This document shows positions 47,156-55,569 of a stretch of DNA of 64,000 bases, one piece after another; the stretch's first letter is position 1; every line of letters begins with the position of its first letter. Both the position numbers and the translations under genes were made by a program. Source of the stretch: Candidatus Firestonebacteria bacterium RIFOXYD2_FULL_39_29 (GTDB taxonomy: Bacteria > Oederibacteriota > D2-FULL-39-29); NCBI GenBank assembly GCA_001778375.1, contig MFGV01000074.1, positions 9,651 to 73,650 on the forward strand. Direction: 5' to 3'. The notes beneath the pieces were generated by a model. That model saw only the letters and a program-made list of their open reading frames with translations, ran no database searches and was not told where the DNA came from.

Positions 47156-48808
47156 ATGCAAAAGATCGGAGAGCTGATAAAGACTATCAGTATCAAAGAA
47201 AAGAATGACCTGAGGGAGCACATGGAAACGCAGGTTAAACAAGATAGCATAATAAACGCCGTAGATGAAAAACTGGCAAGCATAGCAAAGATGGGGGATG
47301 TTGAAAAAGGTAGAGAAATTAAGAGCCTGTTGTTTGAGGTCGCAGTCTGGTTGGATGGGGTCGAGTTAGAGATTATCAAGAAGAAGATTATCTCCCAGTT
47401 AGGAATGTCAAGCAAGGTAATAAACGAGTATCTATACGATTGCAGAAAGCAGAGAGTTAAACCCGACAAAGAGATACCTGCCCATATCGTCTGGGAAGAG
47501 CCTAGAATATTTTGTCCCGCCTTGGATTTCATCAACGAAACCGCCTATGTAACAATAACCCTCTATAAGGAAGTAAAAGGTGAGTATTTTGAAGTCCCAT
47601 ATGTTATTGCCAGTAACCGTGAATGTTTCCCGTTAACCAAGGAAGAGATGTATAAGCGGAAACTGATTTATTCGGGATCAACGTATTTACCTGAAAGCAG
47701 GTGGAAGTCCGAAAGTATCCAGAAGTTTTTAAAGAATGAAGAAGGCGAGATTAACGCCTATCAGGTGTTCAATGAAATAAAGGAGTTATACAAACAGTAT
47801 TTAGATTTTGAAGAGACGGCTCTATACGATTTCTTTTCGATATGGTGCATAGGTACATACTTTCATCCATTGTTTTCATCATTCCCTTATTGTTTCCTTT
47901 CAGGGACGAGAGAAAGTGGGAAGTCAAAGTGTTTAAAACTAACGTCAAGATTTGCATTTAACGCAGAGTTTACGGCAAGTTTAAGCACGGCTTCAACGTT
48001 TAGGATAGTAGAAGCCAATCGGAGCAGTTTAATGATTGATGAAATGGAAAATATCAATAGCGGTGATAATCCAGAGTTTAGGAGCGTAATTCTTTCAGGG
48101 TATGAGGCAGGAGCCAGTGTACTAAGGTGTGGAGAAAGAAAAGACGGATTCGAGATACAAAGATTTAGAAGTTATTCACCGAAGGTATTTGCCAATATTG
48201 CAGGGGTGGAAGATGTTCTAGGTAGCAGGGTTATCTATATCACTATGAGCAGGAGTGGCAATAAGGAGATTTCAGAAAGGGAGATATATTTGTTGGATCC
48301 AAAATTTCAAGCTGTAAGAAACAATCTATACTTATTGTTAATGAAACATCATATTGAAATAAAAGACCTGTATATGAATATCCATAACGAGATGAGTTTC
48401 TCCGGTAGGGAATGGCAATTATGGAAGTCAATTTTTACCATAGCAACATTCTTGGATAAGATGGCAGGAACGGACGAGGTGTTTAGAACAATGTTTGACT
48501 TGGCTACGAAAAAGTATGATGAGAAATCCCAGATAGGTGAGGATGAGATGGAGCATCTTATAATCAGTGGATTAATGGAAATGATAGAGGATGTAAAGGA
48601 AGTTCAAGCAACAGAGTTATTCGAGTTCTTTAAACAAAGAAATCCTGACGAGATGTTAGAACTGACCCAGACAAAGTTCGGGAATGTTTTAAGGAGGTTA
48701 AAATGTTTTGAAAAGAAGAGGATGCTAAACGGAAAGAATTACTATTTGTTTAACAGGATAAGATTGGCGGATTTAGCAAAACGCTACCATATTGAAGGAG
48801 GGCAATGA
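47156..48808 (+). CDS. P-loop NTPase of the SF3/P4-primase C-terminal type
   Basis: Walker A (LSGTRESGKSK), Walker B (LMIDEME), then ...ILSGYEAGASVLRCGER...YSPKVFANIAG. This parallels the motif order of the 55570 protein. Confidence 0.45.
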   Translation: MQKIGELIKTISIKEKNDLREHMETQVKQDSIINAVDEKLASIAKMGDVEKGREIKSLLFEVAVWLDGVELEIIKKKIISQLGMSSKVINEYLYDCRKQRVKPDKEIPAHIVWEEPRIFCPALDFINETAYVTITLYKEVKGEYFEVPYVIASNRECFPLTKEEMYKRKLIYSGSTYLPESRWKSESIQKFLKNEEGEINAYQVFNEIKELYKQYLDFEETALYDFFSIWCIGTYFHPLFSSFPYCFLSGTRESGKSKCLKLTSRFAFNAEFTASLSTASTFRIVEANRSSLMIDEMENINSGDNPEFRSVILSGYEAGASVLRCGERKDGFEIQRFRSYSPKVFANIAGVEDVLGSRVIYITMSRSGNKEISEREIYLLDPKFQAVRNNLYLLLMKHHIEIKDLYMNIHNEMSFSGREWQLWKSIFTIATFLDKMAGTDEVFRTMFDLATKKYDEKSQIGEDEMEHLIISGLMEMIEDVKEVQATELFEFFKQRNPDEMLELTQTKFGNVLRRLKCFEKKRMLNGKNYYLFNRIRLADLAKRYHIEGGQ

Positions 48809-49134
48809 GTATGTGGGCAAAACCATCAAAAGAAGAGCTTGAAAGCGTTCCAAAGCTGTATGAGCAAGACGGAGAAGGAACTGCTGAGAAAATAGTTTAC
48901 ATGCATTTCTTTGTAGCAAACTGTGACTGGTATATAACCGAGTACGATAGGGTGGATACGTTTTTTGGATTTGCAATTTTAGGCGATCCAGAAATGGCTG
49001 AGTGGGGTTATATAAGCTTCATGGAATTAAAGAATCTGAAAGTATCTTGGCTCGAAGTGGATACGGATAAACATTGGCAAGTCAGGAAAGTAAAAGAAGT
49101 ACCAAAGATCGTCCAAGCTAACGGTTCTTGGTGA
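48805..49134 (+). CDS. DUF2958-domain protein
   Basis: LYEQDGEGTAEKIVYMHFFVANCDWYITEYDRVDTFFGFAILGDPEMAEWGYISFMEL matches the DUF2958 consensus (LYSQDGKG...YAKFF...WYATE...TFFGYV...ELGYFSL.EL). This family is frequent on plasmids and integrative elements. Confidence 0.6.
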   Translation: MSMWAKPSKEELESVPKLYEQDGEGTAEKIVYMHFFVANCDWYITEYDRVDTFFGFAILGDPEMAEWGYISFMELKNLKVSWLEVDTDKHWQVRKVKEVPKIVQANGSW

Positions 49135-49203
49135 GATATTTGCAATAGAGGGTTAGTAGGCAGTTTAAAGATAGTTCAATAGAGGGTTTACGAGGTACCC
49201 AAA

Positions 49204-49653
49204 ATGGTTAAATTATATTTTAAAAGGGCAATTCTAAGAAATAATAGTGGGATAGGTAGTTTATATGAAAAGATAGGATTTGAGAATATTCTATCAGGAG
49301 AAATACGGCACCCTGTTAAAAGGAGAAAAACTATCTCGACCTTATATTCTTATTTATTTAATTATTGTTTCAGGGAGAAACCACCTATTCAACTATCTAT
49401 GAAACCCTATGAAACTATCTATTTTTACAAATCCCAGAAAAACCTACTCTTTATAATATTTGTTCCTAAAAACTTGGGACAAATAGGAAGAAAGTTAACT
49501 CATGGCATAAAGCAGACGGGAGAGGACGGATTAAAATTTACTCAAGAAGGGGGTGTGATAAATATTTCGGGTTATAGATTGTTAGTGATCATCACTAATG
49601 AGCAAGGGTTTACGGATAAGACTATACCAAAGGAAGTTTTGGTTTTGTTCTAA
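49204..49653 (+). CDS. Hypothetical protein
   Basis: ORF only. A direct repeat (CAATAGAGGGTT twice) lies just upstream. Confidence 0.3.
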   Translation: MVKLYFKRAILRNNSGIGSLYEKIGFENILSGEIRHPVKRRKTISTLYSYLFNYCFREKPPIQLSMKPYETIYFYKSQKNLLFIIFVPKNLGQIGRKLTHGIKQTGEDGLKFTQEGGVINISGYRLLVIITNEQGFTDKTIPKEVLVLF

Positions 49654-49720
49654 AAAGGAGGGGTTTTGTTATAGAAAACCAAAGGATACTTGGGGTGTAC
49701 TATAGACGGGACGGATAGGC

Positions 49721-50263
49721 ATGGATAAGAAAATGCGTATAACGGGGGTAAAGATGACAAAAAAGGATAGAATCGAATGGAGCGTGGCAAAAGAACTGGC
49801 GGATAGGGTCTGTAAAGAGCTTGAACCTTGGTGTGAAAGGATAGTTGTGGCAGGGTCTATAAGGCGGATGAAACCAATAGTCGGAGACATTGATTTGATT
49901 GCAAAAACAAAGCAAGAATATACCAGAGAGTTTGTAATGCAAAAGTTCTGCGTTTTAGGAGAACAGATAATAATGAGCGGGATAGTAAAAAGCTCGATAG
50001 TCAAGGAAGGCAAGCAAATTGATTTGAACCTGCTCTTAAGTAATAACAATTGCTCTGGTGCATTTATTCTTCATCACACAGGAGGGTGGATCTCAAATAT
50101 GAAGCTAAGGCAAGTAGCAAAGAACAAGGGTCTAATGTTAAGCCAGTACGGTGTGTTTAAAGTAAGCCCTGATGGGACTCAGGAATTCATAGCAGGAGAG
50201 ACGGAAGAATCAGTTTACAAAGTGTTGGGGCTTCCGTACGTAATTCCTGAACGGAGAGAATAA
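49721..50263 (+). CDS. Mini family-X DNA polymerase / Pol-beta-like nucleotidyltransferase (palm and thumb only, 180 aa)
   Basis: [16 protein letters not shown] matches GSFRRGAESSGDMDVLL of Pol beta (two catalytic Asp). QIDLNLL matches RIDIRLI (third Asp). [36 protein letters not shown] matches [50 protein letters not shown] matches IFDYIQWKYREPKDRSE. Confidence 0.7.
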   Translation: [180 protein letters not shown]

Positions 50264-50430
50264 AATGGCGAAACATAAGCTAACCTCGTTAATCACTGAA
50301 ATTGAAGGTTATTGTTGGAGCATAAACCAAATATATTATGGGTGGAATGATCGGGTGTATAAACCCCGTTTAAACGAGAATTTGATGGGAGGCATTAAAG
50401 GTATGGAAGGTAATATTGGATACTTAAAAA

Positions 50431-51045
50431 ATGGAGGTGGTTAAGATGTATACAAGGAAGAAAGAAAGTGAATTCTTAACGGAGGATGAGGCAAGGTTGA
50501 TTTGTTCCCTGCCTGATCAAAGGACGGCAGAGGGTAAAAGAGATATGGCAATTCTAACCCTGATGTTAACGACAGGATGTAGAAAAGCCGAAGTCTGTGA
50601 TCTAACGGTAGGGAGTATAAAAGATTACAGGAACCAAAAAATATTGGAGGTTATCGGTAAAGGAAATAAGCTCAGGAGGATTGCTCTAAAGCCAGATACT
50701 TGTGAATTGATTATGAAGTATCACAGGGCAATCGGAAACGGTCATGATCCGAGCCAGCCGTTGTTTCTAACTCTTGGTAAGCACGGGCCATTTAAGAAAC
50801 AAGGGTTAACTCATTGTGCAGTGGATTGTATAGTCTGGAAGTATGCCGAGAAAAGTTGCCTAACAAAAAGAATAACGCCGCATACTTTAAGGCATACGTT
50901 TGCCACGACCTTACTTTCAAAAGGAGTGGATTTAAGGACTGTCCAAGATCTCATGGGTCATTCCGCAATAAGCACGACTGAGTTATATCTTCATACAAAT
51001 GACGACAAAAAGTTTGAAGCTGTCTGGAAACTAAACTTTAATTAA
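50431..51045 (+). CDS. Minimal tyrosine recombinase (catalytic domain only, 204 aa)
   Basis: The catalytic R (TGCRKAEV), H-x-x-R (PHTLRHTFAT) and Tyr (TTELYLHT) are all present. There is no N-terminal core-binding domain. Confidence 0.6.
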   Translation: MEVVKMYTRKKESEFLTEDEARLICSLPDQRTAEGKRDMAILTLMLTTGCRKAEVCDLTVGSIKDYRNQKILEVIGKGNKLRRIALKPDTCELIMKYHRAIGNGHDPSQPLFLTLGKHGPFKKQGLTHCAVDCIVWKYAEKSCLTKRITPHTLRHTFATTLLSKGVDLRTVQDLMGHSAISTTELYLHTNDDKKFEAVWKLNFN

Positions 51046-51057
51046 AGGAGGATAAAA

Positions 51058-51537
51058 ATGTACGGTGTTCGTAAACCAGAAAAGAAAAACGCTGAAAGGA
51101 TGAGGAGACTTAAAATTACGGCTGTTAAGGTTTGGCTGTATCATTACGAGAACGGAAAGCTGATTGAAAGTTATATCCGTTCATTGGATAAGTACGATAG
51201 GCAAGGCAGAGTAATATCTTCAGAGCAGTATAATAATAAAGGCAAGGTTACCTCCAAAAGTATTTACGGGTACTTGAATGACGGGAGGATTACCGAGGTA
51301 AAATATTTACATGGCAAGAAGCTTTGGCAGATGAGCTACCGTTATACAAAGGATAAACAGATTTCTGTGATTAGATTCTTTACTCAGAAAGGCAGGATTA
51401 AGAAGCTCCGAAGATATGTTACAAGGTTTGATGAAAAGGGCAATGTTTTGGAATCAATAACCACCGATCAAAAAGGTAGAAAATATATTCTTGAAAAGTT
51501 CGTCCATGAGTATTCCAAGGAGACGGAGGCGATATGA
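51058..51537 (+). CDS. MORN-variant/YwqK-like repeat protein
   Basis: The units YENGKLIESY / YDRQGRVISSEQY / NNKGKVTSKSIYGY / LNDGRITEVKY repeat. Confidence 0.4.
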   Translation: MYGVRKPEKKNAERMRRLKITAVKVWLYHYENGKLIESYIRSLDKYDRQGRVISSEQYNNKGKVTSKSIYGYLNDGRITEVKYLHGKKLWQMSYRYTKDKQISVIRFFTQKGRIKKLRRYVTRFDEKGNVLESITTDQKGRKYILEKFVHEYSKETEAI

Positions 51538-51779
51538 AGGGTTTGTTGAAGAGGATGAAAGATGGGGATGTCGTGGTGGTTGTTACTGGCAAAGTTACAG
51601 AAAACTTAAGAGGTATTCTAGAGGCATTGGTAAAGCGTAATAATAGTTTAGTTGTAAAAAAGGTTTCAAGAAAGAAGCGCCACATCACGATAAAAGAAGT
51701 ATATGATGATTTGATTGTAAGAAGGGCTGTAATTATCCTTACTGATAAAGCAGAATACGAAGCCATAGTAATTGGATAG
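51534..51779 (+). CDS. Hypothetical small protein
   Basis: ORF only. It overlaps the upstream stop codon. Confidence 0.3.
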   Translation: MKGLLKRMKDGDVVVVVTGKVTENLRGILEALVKRNNSLVVKKVSRKKRHITIKEVYDDLIVRRAVIILTDKAEYEAIVIG

Positions 51780-51820
51780 TTGTCTGTAGACAAAAGGCAA
51801 GTAATGTGTTATACTATAAT
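51780..51820 (+). promoter_or_regulatory. Promoter with an overlapping operator. A perfect 6-2-6 palindrome (TTGTCT-GT-AGACAA) overlaps the -35 TAGACA. A 17-nt spacer leads to a -10 TATACT/TATAAT.
   Basis: The palindrome spans 51780-51793. The -35 is at 51787-51792. The -10 is at 51810-51815, with an overlapping TATAAT at 51815-51820. An AAGGAGG ribosome-binding site follows, then the ATG at 51839. Confidence 0.55.
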
Positions 51821-51838
51821 GGACAAGGAGGGACAACA

Positions 51839-52435
51839 ATGGACAATGCAGATGAATTACCATGTATAGGGGAGATGTTAACTATTGAAGATGTATCGAA
51901 GTATTTAAAGGTAAACAAAAAGACAATTTACAGGATGATTAACTTAAGACAGATACCTGCTTTCAAAGTAAGTAACCAATGGCGATTTAAAAAATGTGAA
52001 CTTGACAAATGGATTGATGAAAGCAATGTTGTAACAGAGATTCCGATTCTAGGAACAGTTGCGGCAGGGAAACCCATGTTTGCAGAGGAAAATTATGAAG
52101 GGATGCTTACAGTAGATAAGTCAATAGTCGGGAAGTCAAAAGATATTTTTGCGCTGAAAGTTAAAGGTTCGAGTATGATCGATGGGAACATAGAAGACGG
52201 GGACTATATTGTTATCCAAAAACAGCCTCAAGTTTTTCAAGGCGAAAGAGCTGTTGTAATTGTAAACGGCGAGGCCACGGTAAAAAAGTACTATGAAGAA
52301 CAAAATATGATCAGATTGCAACCACAAAATGAAACAATGCAACCAATTATTGTTGACCCGAGTACGAATGAAGTTTCTATTGCTGGTAAAGTTAAAGCTG
52401 TCATTAAAAGAAATAAAAAAGTTGTGAGGGATTAA
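51839..52435 (+). CDS. LexA-like self-cleaving repressor: excisionase/MerR-type HTH fused to an S24 peptidase domain
   Basis: The N-terminal HTH_17-like segment is MLTIEDVSKYLKVNKKTIYRMINLRQIPAFKVSNQWRF. The cleavage-site region is GTVAAGKP (LexA VAAGEP). Ser and Lys are in LexA-like contexts (KVKGSSMIDGNIEDGDYIVIQK; ERAVVIVNGEATVKKY). The start is taken at the ribosome-binding-site-supported internal ATG. Its stop (TAA) lies 1 nt before the capV ATG. Confidence 0.7.
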   Translation: MDNADELPCIGEMLTIEDVSKYLKVNKKTIYRMINLRQIPAFKVSNQWRFKKCELDKWIDESNVVTEIPILGTVAAGKPMFAEENYEGMLTVDKSIVGKSKDIFALKVKGSSMIDGNIEDGDYIVIQKQPQVFQGERAVVIVNGEATVKKYYEEQNMIRLQPQNETMQPIIVDPSTNEVSIAGKVKAVIKRNKKVVRD

Positions 52436-52436
52436 A

Positions 52437-53384
52437 ATGAATGATTGTTTTCAAATACTTTCATTAGATGGCGGTGGGATAAAAGGTCTATTCTCGGCAG
52501 TGTTACTTGCTAAGCTTGAAGAAGACCTCAAAATAAAGGTGATTGATCATTTTGATTTAATAGTAGGAACTTCTACCGGAGGTATTATTGCTTTGGGCCT
52601 CGGGTTGGGAATGACGCCAAAGGAGATTGTCGACTTTTATCTTGAGAAAGGCCCAAGGATATTTGCCGGTATCCCTGTTGCTTCATGGTTTAAACATATT
52701 TTATTTAATAAATATGATGGGAAAATACTAGAAGATATTTTAAAAGATGATAAATGTTTTGGTTCGAGATTGCTTGGAGAAAGCAAAAAACGATTGGTAA
52801 TACCATCTTTTGATACTGATTCGGGAGAAGTGTATATTTTTAAGACGGCACACCATGAACGGTTTAAACGAGATTTCAAATATCCTGCTTGGAAAGTAGC
52901 GCGTGCAACAACAGCAGCGCCTTCATTTTTTCCGACATGTAAGTGCATTGATAACATTAGTTTGGTGGATGGAGGATTGTGGGCGAATAATCCGAGTATG
53001 ATTGGCTTGGTTGAGGCAATCAAGGTATTAGAAATACCTATTGATACGATAAAAATATTGAATATCGGGACAACAGAAGAATTATCAAAAAAATCCTTTG
53101 TATTGAAATATTTCGGGGGTTGGTTGCCAAGGGCTTTGCCTGCTATTAAAACGATATTGCAAGCTCAATCTTCCGCGGTTTGTTCTCAATGCAAGTTATT
53201 AATAAAAGATCACTATGTTAGAATTAGTCCAAAAGTACCAGAAGGATTATTCAAATTGGATAAGCTAAACATGCAAGACTTGTATGCTTTTGCTTCAAAG
53301 CATAGCAGAGATAACTCTCCTATTTTTGAGAATGTTTTTTCTGGACACAAGTCAGGAGAGTTTGTCCCAATTCACAAAATATAA
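52437..53384 (+). CDS. capV: Patatin-like phospholipase (CBASS CapV-type effector)
   Basis: Oxyanion hole (ILSLDGGGIKG), GxSxG (VGTSTGG), catalytic Asp (LVDGGLWANNP). Confidence 0.75.
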   Translation: MNDCFQILSLDGGGIKGLFSAVLLAKLEEDLKIKVIDHFDLIVGTSTGGIIALGLGLGMTPKEIVDFYLEKGPRIFAGIPVASWFKHILFNKYDGKILEDILKDDKCFGSRLLGESKKRLVIPSFDTDSGEVYIFKTAHHERFKRDFKYPAWKVARATTAAPSFFPTCKCIDNISLVDGGLWANNPSMIGLVEAIKVLEIPIDTIKILNIGTTEELSKKSFVLKYFGGWLPRALPAIKTILQAQSSAVCSQCKLLIKDHYVRISPKVPEGLFKLDKLNMQDLYAFASKHSRDNSPIFENVFSGHKSGEFVPIHKI

Positions 53385-53401
53385 TGTAGGAGGAAAAGAA
53401 A

Positions 53402-54517
53402 ATGTTAACAGCTGATAGAGTTTTAAAACTTGCGCATGACTTAGATTCAATTGTGGAAAATTTAGATATATCTGAAAGCAGATATTTAGAAGCTGTAAAA
53501 AGATATGAAGCTGTTGGATCATGGTTGAGTAGTGAAAAGTCTCCATTGCTTAAATTAAAGTTCATACCAAGGATATATTCTCAAGGCTCTTTTCGTCTTG
53601 GTACTGTAGTAAGGCCGATCAATAATAAAGATGAGTGCGATATTGACTTGGTATGTTTACTAACAGCAGAAGAGCAGAAAAGCATTACATCGAAAGAACT
53701 AAAAGAAATTGTCGGGGAAAGCCTGAAACAGAATGGGATATACGCAAAGTTGCTCGATAAAGAAGGAAGAAGGTGTTGGACGCTCAATTACGAGAATGAG
53801 TTCCATTTGGATATTTTACCTGCCATATTAGATGTAGAACTAAATAAAGTTGGTGGTTTGTATAAAACAGCGATAAAAATTACCGATAAAGCTGAGAGTG
53901 TGTATAAGTGGGAGCCTAGTAATCCAGATGGATATGCGACATGGTTTTCAGAAAGGCAAAAATTGATATTTGCCAGCTTAAAAAAATCTATGGCTGCATC
54001 TTTAAAAGAGAGTATAGATGAAGTACCAGATTATAAAGTCAGGACACCTCTTCAGAAGAGTGTTCAAGTTCTTAAGCGTCATCGAGATGTATATTTTGAT
54101 GGAAAAGAGAATAAGCCTGCATCTATAATCATTACAACTATATGTGCTGTGTTATACAATGGGCAAGCGGATGTGTATACTGCTTTGCATGACATCTTGA
54201 GTGATTTTGATATTGAACAATATAAGAAGGAAGAAGGCTATTATTTGGCTAATCCGTCCAATATTGCTGAGAATTTTATGGAGAGATGGAATGAAGATGA
54301 CTCCCTTCCATTGGCTTTCTTTGAGTGGTTGGAAGATGCTAAGAATGATTTTTGTGATACAGGATTGATAAGAAAAAGTAGTGCAGATGTAACTACCATT
54401 CTCGAGGCAAAACTTGGAACCACTATAAAGACTACAAGAAATAATCTTGTTAATAGCGTTCCTCTAGTATCAATAAACACTGGGAATGTTAGCAAGAGAC
54501 AGCCATGGGGTTTGTAG
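53402..54517 (+). CDS. cGAS/DncV-like nucleotidyltransferase (CD-NTase)
   Basis: GSFRLGTVVRPINNKDECDIDLV matches GS-x(n)-DxD. The third acidic residue sits in HLDILPA, the hDhhPA strand typical of CD-NTases. A strong ribosome-binding site (AGGAGG) is present. The gene lies between a patatin effector and an E2-like gene. Confidence 0.65.
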   Translation: MLTADRVLKLAHDLDSIVENLDISESRYLEAVKRYEAVGSWLSSEKSPLLKLKFIPRIYSQGSFRLGTVVRPINNKDECDIDLVCLLTAEEQKSITSKELKEIVGESLKQNGIYAKLLDKEGRRCWTLNYENEFHLDILPAILDVELNKVGGLYKTAIKITDKAESVYKWEPSNPDGYATWFSERQKLIFASLKKSMAASLKESIDEVPDYKVRTPLQKSVQVLKRHRDVYFDGKENKPASIIITTICAVLYNGQADVYTALHDILSDFDIEQYKKEEGYYLANPSNIAENFMERWNEDDSLPLAFFEWLEDAKNDFCDTGLIRKSSADVTTILEAKLGTTIKTTRNNLVNSVPLVSINTGNVSKRQPWGL

Positions 54518-55218
54518 ATGTTGACAGTCAATATAAAGAATTAAGGAGTCAATACCCATATTTGTTCTTGAATAAAGATGAGAATGTTTTTCGTATTAGC
54601 GGAACAATTGTTATCAATGTTGCCGAACTAAATGATGCTTTTGAAATTGAGATAGTTATTGATAAAGAATATCCTCTGAAACCACCCTTTGTTAGAGACC
54701 TTGATTCTAAAATACCGAAAGACTACCATCGCATTAAAGGTGGATACTTTTGCTTGGAAACCCCATACACGTTAAATCAAATATTTAAACAGCAACCTAC
54801 ATTGCTTTATTTCGTTAATGAGTTAGTTATTCCGTATTTGTTTAATTATCATATGTTTCAAAAAACAGGGATAATGCCTTTTGGGCAAAGGAATCATGGA
54901 ATTACAGGCATAATGGATGATTTTAAGAATCGGTTAAATGCAAACGACGATATTACTGTAATCAAGCTTATTCAGATGTTAGTGGAAGATAATTATAGGG
55001 GCCATTATGACTGTCCGTGCGGGAGCAAAAAAAGGATTAGAAATTGTCATGCTGATAAATTGTTAAAATTAAAAGTTGAAGGATATAACTTTATGGAAGA
55101 TTATCTCATGATGGTGTTTTCTGTCAAAGATAAAGTAAATATTGTGCCATTGATTTCCAAGAAGGCAAGGCAATTTATTAAGGAGAAGGGAGATTCCCCA
55201 AAGCCAGATAAGCTATAA
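54505..55218 (+). CDS. E2 ubiquitin-conjugating-like protein (CBASS type II-short Cap2-like) with a C-terminal Cys/His cluster
   Basis: UBC-fold signature: FEIEIVIDKEYPLKPPFVRDL...DYHRIKGGYFCLETP (compare YP..PP...HPNI...GRICLDIL). CPCGSKKRIRNCH is a Zn-ribbon-like cluster. It overlaps the end of the CD-NTase gene. Confidence 0.5.
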   Translation: MGFVDVDSQYKELRSQYPYLFLNKDENVFRISGTIVINVAELNDAFEIEIVIDKEYPLKPPFVRDLDSKIPKDYHRIKGGYFCLETPYTLNQIFKQQPTLLYFVNELVIPYLFNYHMFQKTGIMPFGQRNHGITGIMDDFKNRLNANDDITVIKLIQMLVEDNYRGHYDCPCGSKKRIRNCHADKLLKLKVEGYNFMEDYLMMVFSVKDKVNIVPLISKKARQFIKEKGDSPKPDKL

Positions 55219-55397
55219 AACTTCCCTCGTTTTATTACACAAAATATAGTTCAAGAAGAAAATCCCTCCATGGAAACATTAACAAAATCAATAAGTCGGA
55301 AAATCGAGTATGATGGTTATTTCCCTCGTTTTTTATATCAAGTGATTATTATTTGCTGAAAAACCTGATTTGGGGCGAATAAAAATGAATAGGGGTA

Positions 55398-55426
55398 TTG
55401 ACAAAAACAGGAAACAGAGGTATACT
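55398..55426 (+). promoter_or_regulatory. Sigma70-like promoter (TTGACA, 17-nt spacer, TATACT) upstream of the primase/helicase gene
   Basis: TTGACA lies at 55398-55403 and TATACT at 55421-55426. The direct repeat TTCCCTCGTTTT lies upstream at about 55213 and about 55320. Confidence 0.5.
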
Positions 55427-55569
55427 TACAATAAATAGAGCGTGGCTGAATCGCGTCGCGCTGGTTGAATTTGAAGTTACCGAGAAAAACCTTCTATAAA
55501 ACTTCTCATGGTCGAAAGACCGCGAGGAGTTTTTTATTTTGTAGTCAGAAAAATAGAAGGAGTGAATAA

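Noticed and set aside
50265-50444. 59-aa ORF (MAKHKLTSLITEIEGY...) upstream of the small recombinase, as a possible frameshifted recombinase N-domain
   Set aside because: It has no similarity to a recombinase SAM-like or core-binding domain. It is treated as a small hypothetical or non-coding region.
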